A DNA stretch of 64,000 nucleotides from Anthoceros angustus (taxonomy: Eukaryota > Plantae > Anthocerotophyta). The stretch lies in the NCBI GenBank assembly GCA_010909165.1, contig VJWM01000119.1, positions 372,001 through 436,000 of the forward strand, given 5' to 3'. The notes under the pieces are model-generated. The model saw only the letters and a list, made by a program, of their open reading frames with translations. It searched no databases and had not been told where the DNA came from. Positions 47,466 to 60,480 of this stretch are shown piece after piece. Each line of letters starts with the position of its first letter. Positions within the stretch are counted from its first letter, which is position 1. The position numbers and the translations under genes are program-made.

Positions 47466-47472
47466 TATAAAA
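47466..47472 (+). promoter_or_regulatory. Putative TATA box of LRR gene 1
   Basis: GGGTATAAAAG about 165 bp upstream of the ATG. The LRR gene 2 promoter has GGGTATAAAT on the minus strand at 58582-58591. Confidence 0.45.
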
Positions 47473-47633
47473 GGGCAACTCCACCCCATGGTTTCCATCT
47501 CAGCTCAGCTCAACTCCATCTCATCCCTTCCCACATCCCACTCTCCGTCCCACCCTTCAAGCCCGCCCATTTCGATCCGTTTAGGACACGAGAAGAGGTG
47601 TTTGTGGGCGATTTTAGAGTAACGCCCAACAAA

Positions 47634-50600
47634 ATGGGGCTTCTTCCCCTGCGGAGCGTGACGCTCCTGCTGCTGCTCCTTTTGGTGGGCGGTAGCGGGG
47701 CGAACGCTGCCACACCGGTGTGCGTGCAGCGAGACCAGAACGCGTTGCTGGCGTTCAAGGCCGGGCTGCTGGACTACGGCGGGCAGCTGGCGACATGGAG
47801 CAGCAGCGGGAACTGCTGCGCATTCAAGGGGGTCACCTGCGACGCCACGGGGCAGGTGGTGAACGTGACATTCGAGGCGGTGATCGACGACGGCTGCGAC
47901 GAGGAGCCCTGCGGCAGCGTGCGCAGCAAGTACGGGAACCCGAATTCGGCCAACCTGATCGGCACCACGCTCAACAATCTCCTGGCGCTGCGGGTGCTCA
48001 ATCTCACCAATTTCCTGCTGCACGACGTGACCCCGACGGGCCTGAGCGCTATCAAGACCCTCCAGGTGCTGTCGCTGCTGGGAGCCGATCTCAAGGGCCC
48101 GGTCTCGGCCGACATTGGGAACATTGCGTCGCTGCAGTATTTGTCCTTGGAGGGGAGCCCATACATCACGCTGCCGGTGCCGCAGTCCCTGTGCAATCTG
48201 GGGAACCTGCAGACGCTGGACCTGTCCGGCATCGGGTTCGGAGACGGCAGCAAGGCCAGCGCCATCCCCGCCTGCTTCGCGCAACTCACGCAGCTCCAGG
48301 TGCTGGACTTGGAGTTCGCTGCCTTCAACGGGAGGATCCCGGCCGGGCTGAAGCAGCTCAAGAACCTGCGGGAGTTGCTGCTCACCGGGCCCTTCAATAT
48401 CGACGCTTTGACGCTGCCAGATTCTGGGCTCAGCGGCGCTCTCCCGCTCATCAACCCCGGGGAGCTCCCGTTGTTGGAGAAGCTGTACTTGGAGGGGAAC
48501 CGGTTCACCGGTTCCATCCCTGCGTCCTTCAACAATCTGGTTTCCCTCAGGGAATTGCGGATCGGAGGCCTGTATGATAACCAGGGGTTGTTCCAGAGGA
48601 GCCCGCTGGCAGGGCCCATCCCTGCCTCTCTCGGACTTCTTACCAAATTGCAGGTATCTTATGCTTCTTTCAACAATGACGTGCAATCTCAGCAGCATAG
48701 CATAGCATTGCTGGAGTTGATGTCTTGGGAACAGTATCCTAATGGTGGGCATGAATTCCTTTCCTTTGTCCTTTCTGTGCAGGTGCTGGTTCTCCGAGGA
48801 GCATCCTTCTCCGGCAGCATTCCCACGTCCTTGGCCAGCTTGCCGCTGACAGATCTGTTGCTGAGCGACAACCAGCTCACTGGACCTATTCCAGCTACTC
48901 TGGGAGCAAACGGCCTTCTTGTCAACCTCGCGTTGGATAACAACAGATTGAGCGGACCCATTCCTGCGTCTCTTGGAGGTGCTGGCAAGGCGCTGCTCAC
49001 CTTTGTCGCCGGAAACAATGTCCTCACAGGTAGCATTCAAGGAAATTGCGTCACATCTGCTTGTCAAGATTTACTTTGCGGCAACATGCTTGAAGCTTAC
49101 GTGGGTGTGCCAATGGGTATTCCGCAGGAGCCATTCCTCCATCGCTGTCCCAGCTGCACCTGGCCCTGCTGAACTTGTCCCGAAACCAGCTGACTGGCGA
49201 CATTCCGCAAGACCTGGGGTTTGCTATCACCGAAGCTGACCGCTACCTTGACCTGTCCTACAACCAGCTGACAGGAGCCCTGAACCCGCCGTCACTGTGG
49301 GGCGTCACACATATCACGCTCAGCCACAACAAGCTGACTAGCTTGGGCTCTGGCAGCATTCCTGACGACGGCACCACAGGGCAGAATGTGCAGAGCTTTG
49401 ATGTGCACTCCAACCAGTTTGCAGGTGTGTTTCTGCACGAGTCACATGGTTTGCTTGTTTCGTTTTCTTTCAGGCTTCTTGGTGATGGAAAGGAAGGGCA
49501 TGGCTTGATCTGAAGACATACTCCCGGCTCTCGCAGGTCCTGTGCCTGCATGGGTGTTCCAGATCTACAACTCCCTATTCATCGACATATCCGACAACCA
49601 CCTCACCCAGCTGCCTGCAATCGACGGCACCCGGGTGCTGGCGGCCTACATCAACGCCTCGGTGAATGCATTGACAGGAACGATTCCCAAGGCGTTTACG
49701 CAAATCTCTCTGCTCTACTACCTTGACCTGCACCAGAATCAGTTCACAGGCCCCATCCCTGTCGGCTTCGGGGCACAGCCAGTTCTCCACGGACTCAACT
49801 TGGCCGACAACCAGCTCAGCGGTCCCATTCCCTCTGACATCTTCGGCAGCCAGTTCACAAACTTCATCATTCTGAACAACAACAAACTCACGGGGGCCAT
49901 CCCTGCGATTACAGTCAGCAGCGACCTCAACTACATCGATCTGTCCAACAATCTGCTCAGCGGCTCTATCCCTGCTTCTCTTTTCACAAACGCCCCGTTC
50001 TTGCAGAGGCTGCAGCTCGGAAACAACAATCTGGCAGGAGCCATCCCCGACTTCAGTGCCACCTGTGGCGGGCTGCAGGCTCTCGTTTTGGAAAACAACA
50101 AGCTTACAGGGTCCGTCCTGCCTAGCGGAGTAGACTTCACTTCCTGCACTCAGCTGCTGGTCTACGATGTGAGCGGGAACTTTCTGGCCGGCCAGATTCC
50201 TGCTGCCATCACCTCCTTCACGGTACCCATCTCCTCCCAGACCCTCTTCTCCTGTCTTCCATTTGAACGAACCAAACAATCAATTTTGTTCGTCAGTATG
50301 AACAATCTCTTACTCCGATTCTGCATCTCAGGGCCTTCAAGTTCTGGACTTGAGCTCCAACAACATTTCAGGCAGCGTGCCGGCGTCCTTGAGCAGTTTG
50401 AGCGCCATCAAAATTGTGGACCTCGCCAGCAACGCCCTTGGAGGTAATCTGCCGCTCCTGCAGCTGGTGCCAGGATTCACTGGCTTGGCAGTCGCAGGTA
50501 GCGCAGCATCCTACACTGCTGGATCCCCTCTCTACACCCTGGGCTACTATTTTCCGGAAAGCAGTGACTTCCTCAGGGACATCCAATACACCTTCTCCGC

Positions 50601-50877
50601 CACTTCTGGCTTGGTACTGTCGCGAAACGGGTTGACGGGACCGATCGACCCGTCTGTGGGGAATCTGAAGGGGCTGCACATCCTGGACCTGTCTTACAAC
50701 AAGTTCTCGGGCTCTATCCCCGCCGCCATCGCTCAGATCACCGACCTCCAAGACCTGAACCTGTCCTACAACCTGTTGTCGGGCCCCATTCCCTCTCAGC
50801 TCAGCAACTTCCCAGCCGCTGATTTTGCTGGGAACTCCGGCCTGTGTGGCGCTCCTCTGCCCAACAAATGCTCGTAG
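47634..50877 (+). CDS. Secreted LRR protein (RLP-type ectodomain with island, no TM), ~931 aa; exons 47634-48653, 48783-49029, 49128-49424, 49537-50222, 50332-50877
   Basis: Signal peptide (VTLLLLLLLVGG), LRRNT cap (C..RD..ALLAFK...W...NCC.FKGVTC) and many plant LxLSxNxLTGPIP repeats. Four GT-AG introns give 2796 nt in frame, ending GNSGLCGAPLPNKCS*. Confidence 0.92.
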
Positions 50878-51189
50878 GTCTTGGCCGCGTTCACATAGAA
50901 GAGTTGAATAGCTATAGTAGCCATGATTGTTTCCTAAGGGTAGAGTTTTGCAGAGGATTTGTGATTGCGGTAGGCTGCAATCAAAGACAGCGTTCGACAA
51001 ACTTGGTCCAAAAGCATGTGGTGTCTTGGACTACTATAAATGAAGGTATCCCCAGCAGAGCATGGGGCAAGAAACCCTTTGTCTCTACAGTTCCATACGC
51101 CAAGAAGGCCTAGTTGTGCCCGATCCCGTGATGTTTGTATGCCTCCTGTAGGTTTGGACAGCTGGAGGAGGGAAAGCAACTCCATGTGC

Positions 51190-51400
51190 AGATTTAAGAA
51201 CCAGTACATCAAGCAAATCTGTTGGTCGTCCAGCACTTTCGTGGCATGTGCTCAAATTTTGGCAGCTTGGAAAACGTTACAGAAAGGGTTTGGGCTTGGC
51301 AAAGATGAGGTGACATGGAATACCATAATAACCAGATACTCCCAGCTGGGCATGAGGCAGGAAGCTCGTCACCTTGACAGGCTACTAGTAGAAGGAAGCA
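51190..51400 (+). pseudogene. Short PLS-PPR remnant related to 46420-46580
   Basis: GGCAGCTTGGAAAA...AAAGATGAGGTGACATGGAA, encoding DEVTWNTIITRYSQLGMRQEA. Confidence 0.55.
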
Positions 51401-51424
51401 TCGTTGAATCCGATTCTGTGAATC

Positions 51425-51970
51425 CAAGCCGTGATCCCTTCTGCCGCAAGCTATGACTTAAACCAAAGCTGCAAACGATCCAAGCAAGCCGTGATCCCTT
51501 CTGCCCCAAGCTATGACTTAAACCAAAGCTGCAAACGATCCAAGCAAGCCGTGATCCCTTCTGCCCCAAGCTATGACTTAAACCAGTGTCACTTAAACCA
51601 GCTGGAAACCTTGCCAGTGTTGAATTTCGGTGATGTAGAAGTCAAGGGATGGAAGGATCTTGAGGAAACCTTGCCAGTGTTGAATTTCGGTGATGTATAA
51701 GTCAAGGGCTGTGTGTGCTTTACCCTGAAGTGAGAAGGACATCTCACAGATCATCAACTCATCAGCGTGACGGCTACATGCTAAGTTTACTGTAAAAGGA
51801 TAACTTATACTTGCTAACACGTAAAAGTTGTAGAAAAAGGGACGAAATTTTTCTGTCATGGGGCTGTAGAGCCGGACACATGAACTCGAGATACCTCAAC
51901 ATGCTCGCAAACCCTAGCATGTATAAGACCCGAGATACCTCAACATGCTCGTAAACCCTAGCATGTATGA
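51425..51970. repeat. Cluster of short tandem duplications (60 bp x2.6; 60-bp period x2; 44 bp x2)
   Basis: CAAGCCGTGATCCCTTCTGCC at 51425/51485/51545; GGAAACCTTGCCAGTGTTGAATTTCGG at 51604/51664; CGAGATACCTCAACATGCTCG at 51887/51931. Confidence 0.9.
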
Positions 51971-53025
51971 GATCCCGTGACAAAAAAATTGAGAGATACA
52001 TATTTGAAATGAAAGAAGAAGAGGGCTATATCACACACACTACAAGTTTCTAGAGATGAGGGGCTTGGCTCACGAATGGGTACGACTCAGAGCATTCACC
52101 ATTCACACTTATTGTGTTTGTAGTCTGTACTCACAAACACCACAATTTGAGGAGAACAATCTCTACATTCCGCAGTATCGTAGAGTGGTGAAAGGCACTC
52201 TTCTGGAACAACTTAGTAGTACAATGTTCACCCGGCACATCACAATAGAGAATCATTAGCCATTAGCCATCTGTTAGAGCAACGTGAGACAAGGTTGAAT
52301 CTTTCTCGATCGTCAGACTGGGGCACACCCAGCAAGCAAAGCCAAGCATGACTATAGTGCATAGTACTCATGGTATGTCTTCTTATAAAATTCATTTTGG
52401 ACTCCGATCTTATACTCGGGGAGATCTGAAGCTCGAGATATAGTTTTCAGTGTACAAGGGGCACCCACACTCATGACCCTTTGTACCAAGGGGCACCCAC
52501 ACTCCAAGACCCTTTGTTTCTTTATCAACTGGCCTATATCTTGGAATGCATACTCTTCGATGCAGCCTACCTGGGCTGTGCAAAACACTCTTACTTTGCC
52601 TAAACTCATGCTTTTTGCTAACAGTACTTAACCACTTGTACCCTGCCTAAGCTAAACGCATCCACTCCCATTAGGCACCCCATCTTTAAGCACCGATCGA
52701 AGCGCAAGATGCTTAGTAACGGAGTTCTTATAAAAGAAATGTGTGTCCATTTGGCCACAGCCATTGGGACGTACATGTTGTGGGCACCCCGGCTAAGGAG
52801 AAAGGAATTTCGGAGATTGCATACTCGAAGTAGACAACAAGTACTTCAGGAAAGCAGTTTGTGAGAGCCAGAAGAGTGGGGAACATGTAAACATGGAAGA
52901 AAGGAATAGCACGCGGAGGATATCTTGTTTGAATTCATCACCTACATTCTGGATTTACAAATGCACACATTTGATCGTCATCAGTAGATATAACGGGCTA
53001 CGGACCTCTACCAAATTGCAGTGGT

Positions 53026-56000
53026 CTAAGGGCATTTGTTGGCCAGGGGGGCACCACATAGGCCAGAGTTTCCAGCAAAGTCGGCAGCTGGGTAGCTCTT
53101 GAACTGAGATGGGATGGGACCTGTCAGCAAGTTGACGGACAGGTCCAGAGCGTTGAGATCTGTGATCTGTGCGATTGCAGCTGGGACTGAGCCTGAGAAC
53201 TTGTTGTGAGACAGGTCCAAGAAGTGCAGCCCCTTGAGTTGTCCTATCGAAGGGTCGATCGGTCCTGTGAGGCCATTCCCTGACAAGTCCAGAACGCTTG
53301 TAGAGGTGAAGAAGAGGTTGAGAGTCCTGATGAAGAAGGTGGTTTCTGGGAAGTAGAAACCGTCGATGTAGAGTGGGGCTCCGGCAGTGTAGGCTGTAGC
53401 GTTATTGTCTGCAATCTTCAAGGTAGTGAAGCCGGCCACCAACGTTGCGAACGGTACACCACCTGTGAGCTTGTTGTTCGAGAGGTCGAGGATTCTCAAG
53501 AGATGCAGGTTGCTGAGGAAGGCTTGCACGCTGCCTGTGATGCCGTTGCTGCTGACATCAAGAACTTGCAGGCTCTGCAGAGACAAGTTCACATGGGCAG
53601 TGGTGAGAACTCCTAGGCTGCATTTGTGGCTTCAGGAGTCATCACAGCGAACGCAAATGCTGGTGCGGCAGTTGTAGAGAAATGCAGTCTGACTTGGGAG
53701 TAGGGGATGGAAGGAATTACCGTAAATGAGGTGATGGCGGAGGGAATCGGTCCAGACAATTGGTTGCCGCTCACATCGAAGACTGTAAGGGAGGTGCAGC
53801 CAGAGAAATCCACTCCAGCAGGCAGGATCGGGCCTGTCAGCAGGTTGTTCTCGACAACCAAGCTCTGAAGGTTGGGGCAAGCACTGGTGAAGTCGGCTAT
53901 GGCCCCAGTGAGCTTGTTGTTGCTCAGCTTCAACTTCTGCAGAAAGAAGGAACCAGTAACGATGGAAGCAGGGAACGGGCCGGTGAGCTCGTTGTCGGAG
54001 AAATCGACATAGTTGAGGAAGTCGTTGTTGGGTGGACGCTGAGGAATGGGTCCTGAGAGCTTGTTTTTGTTGAAGATGAGAGCGTTGGTGAATGCGCCGT
54101 TGAAGATGTCGGAGGGAATGGGACCTGTGAGCTGATTCTCGGCAAAATTGAGGACGTTGATGAATTGGGAAGCTCCTGAACCGAAGCCTGTGGGGATGGA
54201 ACCCGTGAACTGATTCCTGTGCAAGTCCAAGACGTTGAGATCCCGGCACAAAGTAAATGCACTGGGAAAGGTCCCTGTGATGGCATTGACAGAGATGTTG
54301 ACGTAGCTGGTAGTCAGGCGGTTCCCGTCGATTGTAGGCAACTTGGTGAGCTTGTTGTCGGATATGTCAAGGTTGAGTGTATTGTAGAGCTGGAACACCC
54401 ACGCAGGGATAGCACCTGCTCATTCATCCGTGGGATGCAACGTTGTCAGCAAACATATTATTCCCACCTCCGACTCCTCAATACCAACATGCTGTTCTCA
54501 GACAGCACTCACCTGCCAGCAAGTTGGAGTGGACATCAAAGATTTGCACATTCTGCCCGGTGGTGCCATCGTCAGGGATGCTCCCAGTGCCCAAGCTAGT
54601 GAGCTTGTTGTGACTCAGGTTGATCTCCTTACCCCCACAGAGAAGCCGGATTCAGGGCTCCTGACAGTTGGTTGTTGTTCAGGTACAGGTTGCGGAGATC
54701 TTCAGTGACTGCGAACCCCAAGTTGGACGGAATCGGTCCAGACAGCTGGTTGAACGACAAGTCCAGTTCCCGAGATGCAGTTGCGAGAAGGAGTCGGAAT
54801 CGATCCTGAGCACGGCCACATCAGGTTCAAGCACTTCCCACCAGGCTAACAACAATGAGGGCGAACAATATCAACAACTTTAGTTATTTCCACTAACAAA
54901 ATCGGGGAGAACAAACTTCCCCCACCACAAACCTCCGTATGGATAGTGCAATAGCAATGAAAACTAGTACCGGTGAGAGCATTCCTTGCTGCCGAGAACG
55001 TCCTAAGCTTCTTGCCAGCGCCTCCAAGAGAAGCAGGGATCTGTCCGCTCAAGGTGTTGTCATTCACAAACAGGTTGACAAGGAGTCCGTTTGCTCCGAG
55101 ATTGGAAGGAAGGGGACCGGTGAGCAGGTTCCTGGCTAGGTTAAGATCGGTGAGCGGCAACGGCGCCAAGGCGGCCGGAATCGAGCCAGACACGGAGGTG
55201 GCTTGGATGACGAGCACCTGCAACATTCGCAATTCCGAGGCATGGGATTTCAGCATGTGCAATGTGCTGCGCTGCAACATACTAGCAGGGGCTGTCATTG
55301 GATTGGAAGAAATTGAAGAAGAGGTTGAGAGTCCTGATGAAGAAGGTGGTTTCTGGGAAGTAGAAACCGTCGATGTAGAGTGGGGCTCCGGCAGTGTAGG
55401 CTGTAGCGTTATTGTCTGCAATCTTCAAGGTAGTGAAGCCGGCCACCAACGTTGCGAACGGTACACCACCTGTGAGCTTGTTGTTCGAGAGGTCGAGGAT
55501 TCTCAAGAGATGCAGGTTGCTGAGGAAGGCTTGCACGCTGCCTGTGATGCCGTTGCTGCTGACATCAAGAACTTGCAGGCTCTGCAGAGACAAGTTCACA
55601 TGGGCAGTGGTGAGAACTCCTAGGCTGCATTTGTGGCTTCAGGAGTCATCACAGCGAACGCAAATGCTGGTGCGGCAGTTGTAGAGAAATGCAGTCTGAC
55701 TTGGGAGTAGGGGATGGAAGGAATTACCGTAAATGAGGTGATGGCGGAGGAATCGGTCCAGACAATTGGTTGCCGCTCACATCGAAGACTGTAAGGAGGT
55801 GCAGCCAGAGAAATCCACTCCAGCAGGCAGGATCGGGCCTGTCAGCAGGTTGTTCTCGACAACCAAGCTCTGAAGGTTGGGGCAAGCACTGGTGAAGTCG
55901 GCTATGGCCCCAGTGAGCTTGTTGTTGCTCAGCTTCAACTTCTGCAGAAAGAAGGAACCAGTAACGATGGAAGCAGGGAACGGGCCGGTGAGCTCGTTGT

Positions 56001-58383
56001 CGGAGAAATCGACATAGTTGAGGAAGTCGTTGTTGGGTGGACGCTGAGGAATGGGTCCTGAGAGCTTGTTTTTGTTGAAGATGAGAGCGTTGGTGAATGC
56101 GCCGTTGAAGATGTCGGAGGGAATGGGACCTGTGAGCTGATTCTCGGCAAAATTGAGGACGTTGATGAATTGGGAAGCTCCTGAACCGAAGCCTGTGGGG
56201 ATGGAACCCGTGAACTGATTCCTGTGCAAGTCCAAGACGTTGAGATCCCGGCACAAAGTAAATGCACTGGGAAAGGTCCCTGTGATGGCATTGACAGAGA
56301 TGTTGACGTAGCTGGTAGTCAGGCGGTTCCCGTCGATTGTAGGCAACTTGGTGAGCTTGTTGTCGGATATGTCAAGGTTGAGTGTATTGTAGAGCTGGAA
56401 CACCCACGCAGGGATAGCACCTGCTCATTCATCCGTGGGATGCAACGTTGTCAGCAAACATATTATTCCCACCTCCGACTCCTCAATACCAACATGCTGT
56501 TCTCAGACAGCACTCACCTGCCAGCAAGTTGGAGTGGACATCAAAGATTTGCACATTCTGCCCGGTGGTGCCATCGTCAGGGATGCTCCCAGTGCCCAAG
56601 CTAGTGAGCTTGTTGTGACTCAGGTTGATCTCCCTTACCCCCCACAGAGAAGCCGGATTCAGGGCTCCTGACAGTTGGTTGTTGTTCAGGTACAGGTTGC
56701 GGAGATCTTCAGTGACTGCGAACCCCAAGTTGGACGGAATCGGTCCAGACAGCTGGTTGAACGACAAGTCCAGTTCCCCGAGATGCAGTTGCGAGAAGGA
56801 GTCGGGAATCGATCCTGAGCACGGCCACATCCAGGTTCAAGCACTTCCCACCAGGCTAACAACAATGAGGGCGAACAATATCAACAACTTTAGTTATTTC
56901 CACTAACAAAATCGGGGAGAACAAACTTCCCCCCCACCACAAACCTCCGTATGGATAGTGCAATAGCAATGAAAAACTAGTACCGGTGAGAGCATTCCTT
57001 GCTGCCGAGAACGTCCTAAGCTTCTTGCCAGCGCCTCCAAGAGAAGCAGGGATCTGTCCGCTCAAGGTGTTGTCATTCACAAACAGGTTGACAAGGAGTC
57101 CGTTTGCTCCGAGATTGGAAGGAAGGGGACCGGTGAGCAGGTTCCTGGCTAGGTTAAGATCGGTGAGCGGCAACGGCGCCAAGGCGGCCGGAATCGAGCC
57201 AGACACGGAGGTGGCTTGGATGACGAGCACCTGCAACATTCGCAATTCCGAGGCATGGGATTTCAGCATGTGCAATGTGCTGCGCTGCAACATACTAGCA
57301 GGGGCTGTCATTGGATTGGAAGAAATTGAAGAAAGAAGAAGAAGAGCTGTGAAGATGAAGAATTGGACGTGGAAATTGCTATACCTGCAGTTTGGTGAGT
57401 TTTCCCAGCTCGGCGGGGATAGGACCGCTGATCTTGCTCTTGACAAACGTGTTGGTGCCGCTGTTGTCATCCAGGCCTCCGATCCGCAGCTCCTTGAGGG
57501 AAACGAGGTTGCCGAAAGAGGGAGGGATGCCATTCACGAAGTTGTTCCCTTCCAAGTACAGCTGCTCCAACGCGGGAAGCTCCCCAGGGTTGATGAGCGG
57601 AAGCGAGCCGCTGAACTTGTTCCCGGTGAGCTTCAACGATTTCAGCGTCTTAAGCTGCTTGAATGCTGCGGGAAGAGTGCCGGAGAACTGGTTGAACTCC
57701 AGCTCAAGCACCTGCAGATTCTTGAGCTCGCTGATGCATGAAGGGATGGCGCCGGATTTCTGCCCTCCCCCAAAGTTACCCTCGCTCAAGCTCAGCGTCT
57801 GGAGGTTGGCAAGCTTACAGAAGGAGGCGGGAATAGGGCCAGAAATTTCGCTGTTTCCGTCCCCGAATTTGAGGTACTGGAGGGAGGTAATCTTGCCGAT
57901 GTCGTCCGACAGCGGGCCGTGAAAAGTGAGCCGGTTCAGGGACAGCACCTTGAGGAACTTCAAGGCGCTGAGCCCGGTGGGAGTGACGTCTTGCAGGAAG
58001 AAGTTGGTGAGGTTGAGGAATTCCAGCTTCAGGAGCTGCGACAGCGTGGTCCCGATCAGGTTAGCGCTATTGGTGGCGCCGCTCTTGCTGGTGATGAGAG
58101 TGCAGTTCTCCTCGCAGTCGTCCTCCACGAAGGCCTCGAATGTCACATTCACCACCTCCCCCCCGGCATTGCAGGTGACGCCCTTGAAGACGCAGCAGTT
58201 CCCGTTGCTGGTCCAGGACGCCAGCTGGTTCCCGTTGTCGTTCAGCCCGGCCTTGAACGCCAGCAGCCCGGTCCGATCCCGCGGCACGCACAGCGGAGTC
58301 GCGGCCCAGGTCCCCGAGAGGCTGAGCAGCACCAGCGCCAGCGCCGACAGCAGCCGCAGTCTCTGCATTCTCGCCGTCCCCAT
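53026..58383 (-). CDS. Secreted LRR protein paralog 2 (no TM), interrupted by a ~2.0-kb internal tandem duplication
   Basis: ATG at 58383 (MGTARMQRLRLLSALALVLL). Same five-exon layout (58383-57385, 57230-56984, 56814-56518, 56420-55728, 55581-). The first pass breaks in the last exon at about 55315 and restarts in intron 1; the second pass ends GNSGLCGAPLANKCP* at 53026. Confidence 0.85.
53307..57332. repeat. ~2.0-kb tandem duplication inside LRR gene 2
   Basis: 53307-55320 matches 55314-57332. The junction falls on TGAAGAA microhomology and the copies differ by homopolymer 1-bp indels. Confidence 0.9.
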
Positions 58384-59213
58384 GGCTGCCAAACAAACCA
58401 GCTCCCGCTCCGGCCTGCCCTACTCGATCAAACGCGTTTCAAGAAACGAATCAGTCACAGGGACGAAGGGAGATTTCAGGGGAAGATGAAGATGGAGATG
58501 GAGATGGCGCGGGGTCGATCAGAGGTGTGGAGGTGGAGGAGAGGAGGAAAATGGTTCACTGCATCCTTGCGGGGAGCGCAGATTTATACCCTGCTCTGCT
58601 CCGGGCAGGGGCAGGAAGGAAGCTGCTGTTCCGTAGCATCTTGTCGCTTGGATCCAGCCAACGGTTACACCTGGAGGTCCCGAGTTGCGTCCTCTGCCGG
58701 CAGACGACGACCGGTTACCCGGATGCCGGTTCCGTCACCCTTATCCTCAATTTGGGTTAGGGCCCGGTCAAAGTCGCAGCCCGGGTGGGCGGAGGCGGGC
58801 CATGTTCCCCATTCCTCTTACAGCGCGTGGACACGTGTACGCCGGACACGCTGGAGCAACCCTGGCACCAGCAGGTCATGAGGGCGCCAGCCCAACAGTA
58901 CGAGTTGCGCCACCGCAAGTTGCGCCTTCACAGTACAATCCTCCGGTACGCTACAACGGCAATCCGTGCAAATTCGCTGTCAAGCGCCGCGTCCGTAATG
59001 TGTAAAACGTGTCTCTCTCATGGTTTTAGGTTTTTTTGGTTTCATGGCCTTGACCAAAGAACCGGGCGCTTGTTGTTTCGTAGAACCTGTTCCGCATCTC
59101 CCCCACCTTCGTGATGGGTTTCCCATGTTGTGCTTTTTGTCCACCTAATATCTTACAATTAACTAAAAGTAAAACAACCAGTCCAAGCTGGGTGCAAGAA
59201 AAGGCACAGAAAA

Positions 59214-59440
59214 CCGAAACGCAGAGAGCAAAAGAGCTGAAGCCCAAAAGCAGAGTATAACGGGCAAGACTGAGAGCTCAAAAACCTCCAAAACAGGTTA
59301 ACAAGCGAAACCCGCACAACTCATTCCCCGAAACGCATAGAGCAAAAGAGTTGAAGCCCAAAAGCAGAGCAAAACGGGCAAGACTGAGAGCCCAAAAACC
59401 TCCAGAACAGGACAACAAAACGAAACCCGCAAAACTCATC
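59214..59440. repeat. ~114-bp imperfect direct repeat, 2 copies
   Basis: GAAACGCAxAGAGCAAAAGAGxTGAAGCCCAAAAGCAGAG at 59216 and 59330. Confidence 0.85.
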
Positions 59441-60480
59441 CCAACAGCTTCTGGAAGTTGAACAGGGTCTCCAGGTCTTCAATCACGGGCCGGAAATCAG
59501 AATCCAAGGCAGCCTGCATGCACTCTGTGATGAAGACCTCAGAGTGTTGTAGGTACTCGATGATGATCACTGATGATGGGGTTATGTTACTTCTCGTGTG
59601 CCTAATTAAAAAATACAGAATCGTGCTGCAACTGATTCCAGTTGGTAGCTGTTTCATGCGCCGCGTCCCATATTGCAAATATGTTCAAGGTAGCTGTTAG
59701 CGTTTTGTGCCTGGTCTTATCTTGTTGTCTGACAATGAATGGTCAAGTGTACTGACTAGGCCTTGTCGTTTCGTCTTGCGCTTGTCGTTTTGGAGGAGAA
59801 GTTTTATCCAGCCGAGATTTGGGCAGCTGGCTGTACGAACTGCATACCCTCGTCAGCAAGCTCGGAGTTCCAGGCTCCCAGCCAGCTCTGTAAGATTGTG
59901 ATAGCAGGCCATAACTGGGACTTTATCTGACCACGAGCCTTGCGGGGTATGAACCGACAGATGCACACAGGCACACTGGAACAGTGTGCAAGCCCAAGGT
60001 TGCGTCACCATGTCCTCCGCACCTCTGACCAGATGTTCGCCTTGGTGGCACGCTCGATCTGCACTGTTTGTCCCTCTGTCTAGATGCAGCAACCACCAGC
60101 GACAACCCTTCCACCAGGTGGCTCATGGATGGTACAATGATAAGGAGTAATGCTGGTAACCACAAACTTCTTATTACAAGAAGGCCGAAACAGCACGTCT
60201 TGGAAGGCGTGTTCTACAGCCTTTCCCGCACGTGGGAGAGGATCGCTACAGCATCCATGGCAGTGATCGACGTAAACAGCTCCAGCTGAATGCACTGGTC
60301 ATGTTAGGTGTAGGTAGCTGAAAGCAAACTGTAAACAGGGATGACATTCTGGCTGGCTCTGCCATATCGGGTTGCAGGCTTGCACCCCACCTTATTTACA
60401 AATCCTCGCAGAACTGCATCCTCACGGAAAAATCATAGGTTATACGCTGGGCTCCTCTTCTGTGTGAATGCGGCCAAGAC

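Noticed and set aside
47505-49067. 520-aa minus-strand ORF and similar antisense ORFs over the LRR and F-box genes
   Set aside because: These are shadow frames of GC3-rich sense genes with no independent motifs.
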